Below are positions 47,039-54,276 of a stretch of 64,000 nucleotides of DNA, one piece after another. Position 1 is the stretch's first letter. Each line of letters begins with the position of its first letter. The translations under genes were made by a program, and so were the position numbers. The notes under the pieces are model-generated. The model did not search any database, was not told where the DNA came from, and saw only the letters and a list, made by a program, of their open reading frames with translations. Source of the DNA: an uncultured Veillonellaceae bacterium (GTDB lineage Bacteria; Bacillota; Negativicutes; Veillonellales; Dialisteraceae); assembly GCA_949286115.1 (NCBI GenBank), contig CASEBK010000013.1:13677-77676 (forward strand), written 5' to 3'.

Positions 47039-47067
47039 ATTATACGGCACGCGCCGGAGGATGTCAA
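47039..47067 (-). promoter_or_regulatory. Sigma-A type promoter of the livJ leader
   Basis: Minus strand TTGACA (47067-47062), 17 nt spacer, TATAAT (47044-47039). Confidence 0.75.
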
Positions 47068-47177
47068 GCAAAATTTGCGCAAAAAAGATACATAGATGCG
47101 CCCGGCGCAAGTTTCGTCAAGATTTGGTAAAATAAAAGGAGAAAGACGCTCTATATCCATGGAAAGGAGGGACGGCC

Positions 47178-47879
47178 ATGACCATCGCCGAAGTGCTGCT
47201 CCGCCTCATGACTTCGCTCGTCCTAGGCGGGATCGTGGGATACGAGCGAGAAGAGAGAAATAAAGCCGCGGGCCTCCGCACGCATATCCTCGTCTCTATG
47301 GGGGCATGCCTGTGCATGATGGTCTCGCTCACCATCCCTCTGGAGATGCAGCGGACCCTCGGCCTCTCTGCCGACGGCGGGCGCATCGCCGCCCAAGTGG
47401 TGAGCGGCGTGGGCTTCCTCGGCGCGGGGACCATCCTCACCGCCCAGCGGGGCCGGAAGATCCAGGGCCTCACCACGGCGGCGAGCATCTGGGCCGTGGC
47501 CGCGGTGGGGCTTGCCGCCGGCGCGGGGCTCTACGCCATGGCCGTGCTGACGGGCTTCTTCATCCTCGTGACGCTCAAGACGCTCCGCCACATCGACGAA
47601 TGGCTCTCCCGCCGCCGTCCGCCGGAGCTGCTCGAGCTCGTCCTCACGGTGGACGCGTCGAAATTCTCCATGCCTCGGCTCCACCTGTATTTCCGGGAGC
47701 ACCGCCTCCGCCTCGTGTCCTTCACCACGGACCGCCTCTCCCCCGCCCGCGCCGAGCTCCGCCTCCTCCTCGAAGACGAAGAGAGCGGCGAGCCCGACGA
47801 TCTCATCCTCGACATGATGGCCCTCCCTGGCACGGAACAGGCCTCCGCAGCCCGCCACACCTTTTCAGACAAAAAATAA
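47178..47879 (+). CDS. mgtC: MgtC/SapB family membrane protein
   Basis: GGIVGYEREERNKAAGLRTHILVSMGA... and GVGFLGAGTIL signatures, with a soluble C-terminal domain. Confidence 0.85.
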   Translation: MTIAEVLLRLMTSLVLGGIVGYEREERNKAAGLRTHILVSMGACLCMMVSLTIPLEMQRTLGLSADGGRIAAQVVSGVGFLGAGTILTAQRGRKIQGLTTAASIWAVAAVGLAAGAGLYAMAVLTGFFILVTLKTLRHIDEWLSRRRPPELLELVLTVDASKFSMPRLHLYFREHRLRLVSFTTDRLSPARAELRLLLEDEESGEPDDLILDMMALPGTEQASAARHTFSDKK

Positions 47880-47931
47880 AGACCGACGAAGCTTTCCGGC
47901 CCGCCGGTCTTTTTGTGTGGAAATGTTTCGA

Positions 47932-49035
47932 TCACCCAAGCACTTTCTTCACGATGGTGACGAAGACGTCCTTGCCGTCCTCGAGGTATTTCGTCTCGAA
48001 GTGCATGTCCGGGTGGTGCAGCCCCGGAAGGGCGTTGCATCCCAGGCCGAAGTAGCCCGCTTTGAGCGTCGGCTTATGCCGAATATAGTAGTGGAAATCT
48101 TCGCCCCCGGTGAGACGGATGGGCTTGTAGAGCCGATCCGCGCCGAGCGTGTCTCTCACGGCGTCGCTGATGAGGCGGATGGCTTCTTCGCTGTACTCCG
48201 CCGCGGGCACTTCGCCGTCGCAGGAAAGATCCGCCGTCGCGCCCACCGCGTCCGCCGCCGCCTTCACCGCGCGCATGGCCTTTTCCTTCATTTCCTCCAT
48301 GGCTCCGTTCTCCTCGCACCGCATGTCCCAGGAGACCACCGCTTCCGGCGGGATGGCGTTCAGCGCGCCGTTGTCGCAGACGAAGCGCGTGGGCTTCACG
48401 CTGAAGGAGAGGTTCGGGTCAATGTGCACCATGGAGACGCCCGCCACAGCCATGGCGCCCGCCTCGATGGCGTTCACGCCGAGATGCGGCCGGGAGCCGT
48501 GCGCGGCGAGCCCGTGGAAGCGGGCGGTCATCATGTACTGCGCCGCGTGGTACATCGCCGGTGTGATGGAGCCGGTGGGGACGTTTGCCGCAGGCTGGAT
48601 GTGCGCGCCGATCAGGATGTCCACGTCGTCGATGGCTCCCCCTTCGATCATGGAGAGCGCCCCCGAGGCGAGCTCCTCCGCCGGCTGGAAGAGGATCTTG
48701 AGCTTTCCTTTTTTCACGAGTCCCTGAGCCACCGCTTCTTCCGCCGCGGTGAGCACCATGGAGGAATGGCCGTCATGGCCGCAGGTGTGGCGGGCGCAGC
48801 GCACGCCGTCGATGACGTGCGTCAGCGCGTCCATATCTGCCCGGAGGCCCAGCACGGGGCCGGGGACGCCGCTGTCCCACACGCCCACCACGCCGGTCTT
48901 CCCGCCCACGTGGCGCGTCACCGTATAGCCCGCCTTCTCGAGGCAGTCTGCCAGATACGCCGACGTCTTCACTTCCTCCATGCCCCGCTCGGGGATGGTG
49001 TGGAGATACTTGAAATGTTCCATGAGATCGCTCAT
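47932..49035 (-). CDS. M20D-family amidohydrolase (aminoacylase/hippurate hydrolase-like)
   Basis: Metal ligand blocks ...LRADMDAL...HTCGHDGH... and ...FQPAEE..., plus ...HHPDMHF... Confidence 0.82.
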   Translation of the reverse strand: MSDLMEHFKYLHTIPERGMEEVKTSAYLADCLEKAGYTVTRHVGGKTGVVGVWDSGVPGPVLGLRADMDALTHVIDGVRCARHTCGHDGHSSMVLTAAEEAVAQGLVKKGKLKILFQPAEELASGALSMIEGGAIDDVDILIGAHIQPAANVPTGSITPAMYHAAQYMMTARFHGLAAHGSRPHLGVNAIEAGAMAVAGVSMVHIDPNLSFSVKPTRFVCDNGALNAIPPEAVVSWDMRCEENGAMEEMKEKAMRAVKAAADAVGATADLSCDGEVPAAEYSEEAIRLISDAVRDTLGADRLYKPIRLTGGEDFHYYIRHKPTLKAGYFGLGCNALPGLHHPDMHFETKYLEDGKDVFVTIVKKVLG

Positions 49036-49057
49036 TGGTATGCCTTCTTTCTTCCGA

Positions 49058-49537
49058 TCACAAAACGATCCAGTTCATGATGAGCATGGCGCACGCCGAA
49101 TTGAGGGCGCTGGCCAGCATGAGGAGCGGCCAGTACTTCGCCGGGACGCCCGCCACGGCCAGCAGCCGCCCCATGTACTGGACCTGCGCGTTCAGCAGGA
49201 AGTACGCCGGCATCATCACCGTCACATCGTGCGGCGAGAGCGTCCCCGCCGCGACCATGCTCGCCGTGAGGCCGATCGCCGAAGAGGACGAGAACCATGT
49301 AGTGAGGATGACGATGATCGCCGCGCCGGGCAGGCCGAAGATGGCCATCACCGGGCCGCACACCTCGCTCAGGAGCTGCATGACCCCCAGCCGCTGAAGC
49401 ACATCCGTCAGCACATAGGCCATGACGATGTTCGGCATGAGGTTGTTCACGGCCAGATTGAACCCTTTCTTTGCGCCGCGCACGAAGATATCGCAGGGAT
49501 TGCTCGTCGATTTTACTGCCTGTACATTCTCACTCAT
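49058..49537 (-). CDS. YjiG/SpmB-like nucleoside-recognition-domain membrane protein
   Basis: 159 aa, multi-TM (...FVRGAKKGFNLAVNNLMPNIVMAYVL...). Overlaps the upstream partner gene by 8 nt. Confidence 0.65.
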   Translation of the reverse strand: MSENVQAVKSTSNPCDIFVRGAKKGFNLAVNNLMPNIVMAYVLTDVLQRLGVMQLLSEVCGPVMAIFGLPGAAIIVILTTWFSSSSAIGLTASMVAAGTLSPHDVTVMMPAYFLLNAQVQYMGRLLAVAGVPAKYWPLLMLASALNSACAMLIMNWIVL

Positions 49538-50150
49538 CTTTGAAATCCCCCTTGTACACCGTATTCAGCATGAAGCGCACGAAGATGGCGCCGATAAATT
49601 TGAAAACGAAGATCAGTACGAACGGAATGAAGAGCGGCGCGATGAGGAATGCGAACGCCCCTGAACCGATGGTAAAATAGTTGTTCACCATCCCCGCGCC
49701 GGAGTACTGCCATGCGCTCATGATGATGAGCTCCTTCTTCGTGATGAGCTTGTCTTCGTAGAGCTCCCGCGTGAGCGCCGCCCCGGCATCCGTGCTCTGA
49801 AGATCCGTGATGAGCGCCAGCCCCGTCGCACCGGGGATGCCCAGGAGCGGCCGGAGGAGCGGCGTCAGGAGCTTCTGCGCCGCCTTGAGCGCGCCGTAGT
49901 GGGCAAGGATCTCCAAGCACCCCAGCGCGAGCATGACCGCCGGCGTGAGAGACAGCGCGAAGAGGAAGCCCTGCCGGGCCCCGATGCCCGCCGTGCCGAG
50001 GAAGTTGCTCCCTTCCTTGATCTTGCCGTACGCCCCGGAGAGCGTCGTGAAATCGAACGCCGCGAGCCACTTGTACCCCGGCACGTCAGAGAGCGCCCCG
50101 CAGAAAAAGAGCACCGCCACGAGGAGCGCGATATACGCCTTCGGCCCCAC
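49530..50150 (-). CDS. YjiH/SpmA-like nucleoside-recognition-domain membrane protein
   Basis: 206 aa, multi-TM. GTG start; the in-frame upstream sequence has no start codon before a TAG at 50294-50292. Confidence 0.6.
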   Translation of the reverse strand: MGPKAYIALLVAVLFFCGALSDVPGYKWLAAFDFTTLSGAYGKIKEGSNFLGTAGIGARQGFLFALSLTPAVMLALGCLEILAHYGALKAAQKLLTPLLRPLLGIPGATGLALITDLQSTDAGAALTRELYEDKLITKKELIIMSAWQYSGAGMVNNYFTIGSGAFAFLIAPLFIPFVLIFVFKFIGAIFVRFMLNTVYKGDFKDE

Positions 50151-50209
50151 GCGGAGCGACTCTTCTTCCTGCGCCGCCGCTTTTTTCTTTTCTTCTTTCC
50201 CCCTTTGAT

Positions 50210-50267
50210 GAAAACAAAAAGAGCAGGACCGCCGGAGACCCTTCCGCGAAGCGTCTCTCTGGCGTCC
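50210..50267 (-). terminator. Terminator-like hairpin, either in the 5' leader of the yjiH-like operon or the 3' end of the hydrolase transcript
   Basis: Minus strand GGACGCC-aga-GAGAC (50267-50253), 13-nt loop, GTCTC-c-GGCGGTCC (50239-50226), then TGCTCTTTTTGTTTTC. Confidence 0.55.
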
Positions 50268-50388
50268 CGGCCCATGAAAAGCACTGCTTTTCTATGCACT
50301 TTTCCGAATCAACCTATTCTTTATACATATATCATACAGGATAGAAAAGAAAAGGACAAGCAGTATACACATATTTCATACGATCTGC

Positions 50389-51330
50389 TCACCGCCGGGC
50401 AACGAACTCCTGCACCGCCTGCACGTAGGCGTCAGGGTTCCGCCCGAACTCCTGCGCGTGGCCCGCCCCTTCGAAGAGGAGGACCTTCTTCTCCGGTGAA
50501 GCGCACGCCCGCCCGAGGGACTCCGCCGCGTCCGGCGGCACGAGCGTGTCCTCCGCGCCGTGCAGGAAGAGCGCCGGCGCGCGCATCCGCTCCGCCGCAT
50601 CGAGAGGCGTGATGTCCGAGAGGAGCTTTCCCGTATGGAAGAACATCGCCGCCTGGAAGAACGGGTCCACCACGTCCACGCCGAGGAGGAGCCGGTCGTC
50701 GCCGGTCCACGCATAGAGCTTCTCCCGTCCGAGAGCCATGAGGTCCGCATACGCGCTGTCGGCGATACAGAAGATCATGTCCTGCCCTTCGTCCGTGCCG
50801 CACTCAAGGATGGACATCGCCGCGCCGAGAGAAAAGCCGTGGAGCCCCACGCGCACCGCCGGGTCCTTCGCCCGTAGGAAATCCAGCCACGCCGAGAAGT
50901 CTTCCGTCTCCTTCATGCCCCACATGGTGTGGCGGCCGCCGCTCTCACCGTGGCCGCGCAGATCGATGAGGAGCACGTTGTAATCCATCTGCTGGTACAC
51001 GGGCACAAGAGAAAGACACATGGACCGGTTCGAGTAGAGGCCGTGCACGAGGATCACCGTCCTGTGCGACCGGTCCGCCCGGGGGATGTATGTCCCCGCA
51101 AGGACCGTGCCGTCGCCTGCGGTGACTTCCACCGGCTCCCAGCCGTAGGCCCGCTCCGCCCGGTGCACCGCCGCAAGGTCCGCCGTCTGGTTACGGATGC
51201 CAAGGATGCGGTCCCACGGCGAGGCGAGAAGCTCCTCGTAGACCGTGTTCCCCACGTAGAGCCCCGCTGCCAGCGCCGCCGCAAGGAGCGCAAGGCCCAG
51301 CCATTTGAAAAATCGTCCGATCGCCCGCAC
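50389..51330 (-). CDS. Alpha/beta-fold hydrolase with N-terminal membrane anchor
   Basis: Nucleophile elbow GFSLGA, HG oxyanion block (ILVHGL) and a C-terminal ...GAGHAQ... histidine. Confidence 0.8.
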   Translation of the reverse strand: MRAIGRFFKWLGLALLAAALAAGLYVGNTVYEELLASPWDRILGIRNQTADLAAVHRAERAYGWEPVEVTAGDGTVLAGTYIPRADRSHRTVILVHGLYSNRSMCLSLVPVYQQMDYNVLLIDLRGHGESGGRHTMWGMKETEDFSAWLDFLRAKDPAVRVGLHGFSLGAAMSILECGTDEGQDMIFCIADSAYADLMALGREKLYAWTGDDRLLLGVDVVDPFFQAAMFFHTGKLLSDITPLDAAERMRAPALFLHGAEDTLVPPDAAESLGRACASPEKKVLLFEGAGHAQEFGRNPDAYVQAVQEFVARR

Positions 51331-51424
51331 GGTGCCTCCTTTCCGGGTCCTGCCCTTTTCGTTTTATATGGCCGATGGTACTACACAAAAAAAGCCTCCG
51401 TCAAGGGAGGCCCGCTGCAGCGGT

Positions 51425-52237
51425 TCAAAAGGTGAAATGATGGGGATCGGCGGAGAGGCGATGGCCTGTCTCCATGGCGGAGACCGCCTCCATATCCTTC
51501 CGGCGGAGCTTGAAGTCGAAGATCTGGCTGTTCTCCTCCATGCGCGATGCGCGGGCGGTCTTGGGGATGACCGCCATGCCCCGCTGGAGCGCCCACCGAA
51601 GGGCGATCTGCGCAGGCGTTCTGCCGTATTTCTTCGCCAGCCGCCGGAGCGTGTCGCTTCCCGCGAGGTCTTCCCCCCGGCCGAGGGGACTGTACGCCAC
51701 CGGCTGGATGTGACGCGCCGCGCACGCCGCGAGCACTGCGCCGTTTCCAAAAGTGGGATGGCTCTCGAACTGGTCCACGAGGGGCTTCATGTCGGATACG
51801 CCGCAGAGCGAAGCCAGATGGTCCTCCTCAAAATTCGCGACGCCGATGGCGCGGCACCACCCTTCGTGGTACAGGTCCGTCATGACCTGCCACGCCTTCT
51901 GGTAGCCTTCTGCCGGCCAATGGATGAGGTAGAGATCCACGTAATCCATGCCCAGACGGGAGAGACTCTCCATGAGGGCCTCTCTGGCCCGGCCGCGGCG
52001 CACGTCCTCCGTCCACAGTTTCGTCGTGACGAAGATCTCTTCCCGCGGGACCCCGCTCTGCCGCACGGCTCGTCCTACGGCCTCTTCATTGCCGTACATG
52101 GCGGCGGTGTCGATGTGCCGATAGCCCAGCCCGATCGCCTGCCGCACCGCGTCTTCCGCGCCGCTGCCGACCAGACGCCACGTGCCGAGCCCGAGGAGCG
52201 GCATTTTGACGCCGTTTTCCAGCTGTGTCCATTCCAT
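51425..52237 (-). CDS. Aldo/keto reductase (2,5-diketo-D-gluconate reductase-like)
   Basis: LGLGTW, GYRHIDTAAMYGNE, LYLIHWP and IPKT... motifs. ATG 52237 lies 7 nt after AAGGAGGG. Confidence 0.88.
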   Translation of the reverse strand: MEWTQLENGVKMPLLGLGTWRLVGSGAEDAVRQAIGLGYRHIDTAAMYGNEEAVGRAVRQSGVPREEIFVTTKLWTEDVRRGRAREALMESLSRLGMDYVDLYLIHWPAEGYQKAWQVMTDLYHEGWCRAIGVANFEEDHLASLCGVSDMKPLVDQFESHPTFGNGAVLAACAARHIQPVAYSPLGRGEDLAGSDTLRRLAKKYGRTPAQIALRWALQRGMAVIPKTARASRMEENSQIFDFKLRRKDMEAVSAMETGHRLSADPHHFTF

Positions 52238-52349
52238 GGGGCATCCCTCCTTTTCTTTCAATTATAGCGATTTCAAAGAAAGAAATCTCATCTTTCCCAT
52301 GCAAAAGAGGCATAGCCGCCATCAAAAAAAGCAGGGAAATCCCTGCTTT

Positions 52350-53030
52350 TTATGATTCCGGCGTCATTTCCGTGAGCCAGTCCAGATCTTTTGCCAGATG
52401 CCGCCGGATGAGCCCCTCCAGCGCGGAGACGGTCTTCGCATCGTACTGATGGATGATGACAGGAATCTTCTCCGCGCTCATCTCCGCGTAGTATTCGTCG
52501 CGGTACATATTATAAAAGAAAACGATCCCCCGCTCTTTCTCCGCCCATTCGTACACCGCGATGATGTACGAGCCGTTCAGCCCAAGCAGAGGCCGGCCGG
52601 GGTCCACCATACGGCGGTACGGGCCGATCGCCTCGGGAAGCGCCGCCGACCAGTCCCACCGTGTGAACGCGCGCCCCGCCACCACCACGGAGATCTTCCG
52701 GTCGATGAGCTCGCGGCGCATGTTCTTCTCAAGGAGCCGCTCCACCGACGTTTTGTACGTCTCGAAGTCGCCGGTGATGAGCTCGATGTCGGTCATGACG
52801 AAGAGTCGGAAATCGGTCTTCACCATGTAGTCCATCGTCTCTTCGTCAAAGAGCGCCTTCACTTCCCAGCCGGTGGAATCGCTCACGTAAGAAAAGGCGT
52901 GGTAGATGCGCCCTTCCTGCCGGTCCACGCGACGGAAGCGGTAGTCCTCCACGGAGGCGGGCAGGCGGTGCTCCGCATCCCAGTCAAGGAAGCCCTGCCG
53001 CCTTTTTTTCTGATCCTCTGTCAGTTCCAT
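52350..53030 (-). CDS. Hypothetical protein (226 aa), family not recognised
   Basis: MELTEDQKKRRQGFLDWDAEHRL... Start set to ATG 53030. The upstream part of the 329-aa track ORF overlaps the SLT gene in another frame. Confidence 0.55.
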   Translation of the reverse strand: MELTEDQKKRRQGFLDWDAEHRLPASVEDYRFRRVDRQEGRIYHAFSYVSDSTGWEVKALFDEETMDYMVKTDFRLFVMTDIELITGDFETYKTSVERLLEKNMRRELIDRKISVVVAGRAFTRWDWSAALPEAIGPYRRMVDPGRPLLGLNGSYIIAVYEWAEKERGIVFFYNMYRDEYYAEMSAEKIPVIIHQYDAKTVSALEGLIRRHLAKDLDWLTEMTPES

Positions 53031-53041
53031 GATCGTCCTTT

Positions 53042-53647
53042 CTATGCCCCGCCGGCATTCTTCTCCCGGAGCCAGTCCCGGTTCTCGATGACGGTGCGCA
53101 CGAACTCCCGCGTCTCTGGGAAGGGAATGCCGTCGATGTCGGCGTAGTCCGCCGGCCAGCCCCGCTCTTCCATCCAGGCGTCCACATTGCCCCGGCCCGC
53201 GTTGTACGCCGCCAGCGCCAGCACGAGATTGCCGTCGTACTTCGTGATGAGGTACTCCAGGTACCACGCCCCCAGGGGGATGTTCTGCTCCGGATCGTGG
53301 AGATTGTCGTCGGGCAGGCCGCTCTCCCCTGCGATCCACTCCGCCGTGTCCGGCATGAGCTGCATGATGCCCACCGCCCCCGTGCTCGATATGGCGTGAT
53401 TGTCAAATTTGCTCTCCGCGAGGATCACCGACTGCAGGAGCTCCCGGGAGAGAGAGAAACGGGCGGCGTTCTCCTCGATGAGATGCTGCACCTCTTTCGT
53501 GGGCCGGTAAAAGACCGCCTCCGGCACGAGCCGGTCCTCCTCGCCGAGGAACCAGAGAGAAAGGAGCGCCGCGAGCACCACAAAGCAGCGGACGCTTCGC
53601 CGCGTCCGGCCGGGCATGTACTCTTTCCTGTGCCGCCACCTCCTCAT
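53042..53647 (-). CDS. Lytic transglycosylase (SLT domain) with N-terminal anchor
   Basis: Catalytic block ...VILAESKF..., ...GIMQLMP... and ...AAYNAGRGNV... Confidence 0.85.
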   Translation of the reverse strand: MRRWRHRKEYMPGRTRRSVRCFVVLAALLSLWFLGEEDRLVPEAVFYRPTKEVQHLIEENAARFSLSRELLQSVILAESKFDNHAISSTGAVGIMQLMPDTAEWIAGESGLPDDNLHDPEQNIPLGAWYLEYLITKYDGNLVLALAAYNAGRGNVDAWMEERGWPADYADIDGIPFPETREFVRTVIENRDWLREKNAGGA

Positions 53648-53657
53648 GGACCCTCCT

Positions 53658-54266
53658 TTACTTTCCGCCCGCGAATCCGGGCACGCGGGAGAGCGCCTCC
53701 CGCACCTGCCGCCGCGCGTCCTCCACGGAGCCGCTGTTGTCGATGACCACGTCGGCGTAGTTCAGCTTATTCAGCGTGGGCATCTGCTTGCGGATGCGGG
53801 CGAGCGCTTCTTCCCGCGTCGCCCCGTCCCGGGCGCACACCCGGAGGATCTGCTGCTCCACCGGCGCTTTTACCACCCACACCGCCTCCGACCGGAGCTG
53901 CCAGCCGATCTCCAAAAGGAGCGGCATGTCCAACACAGCGATGGGATGGCCCGCGTCCTGCGCGGCGATGAGCCCCTCTTCGGTGCGCTTCCACACATAG
54001 GGATGGATGATGGCATTGAGCGCCTGCCGCTTGTCTTCATCAGAGAAGACGAGCCGGGCCATCTTCACGCGGTCGAGACTGCCATCCGGCAGGAACACCT
54101 CCGGCCCGAAGACCTGACGGATGCGCTCCATGGCGTCGCTCCCCGGCGTCACCGCCTCCCGGGAGAGCTTGTCTCCGTCGATGACCGGCAGGCCGAGCCG
54201 AGCCATGTACGAGGAGACGGTGCTCTTTCCGCAGCCCACGCCTCCCGTCAATCCGATGCGATACAT
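53658..54266 (-). CDS. coaE: Dephospho-CoA kinase
   Basis: MYRIGLTGGVGCGKSTV... Start is ATG 54266 after GAGGAGG. Track residues upstream are read-through into polA. Confidence 0.9.
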   Translation of the reverse strand: MYRIGLTGGVGCGKSTVSSYMARLGLPVIDGDKLSREAVTPGSDAMERIRQVFGPEVFLPDGSLDRVKMARLVFSDEDKRQALNAIIHPYVWKRTEEGLIAAQDAGHPIAVLDMPLLLEIGWQLRSEAVWVVKAPVEQQILRVCARDGATREEALARIRKQMPTLNKLNYADVVIDNSGSVEDARRQVREALSRVPGFAGGK

Positions 54267-54276
54267 ACGGGCCTCC

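Noticed and set aside
47069-47090. Palindrome AAATTTGCGCAAAA upstream of the livJ -35, and AAATTTCTGA near 45404-45418 upstream of the livH -35, as possible CodY boxes
   Set aside because: Only about 9 of 15 positions match AATTTTCWGAAAATT by eye, and one is only a half-site. That is too weak to call without a PWM scan.
47068-47177. Mg2+ (M-box) riboswitch upstream of mgtC
   Set aside because: Only ~110 nt are available and most of it belongs to the divergent livJ promoter region. No M-box-like conserved helices are seen.
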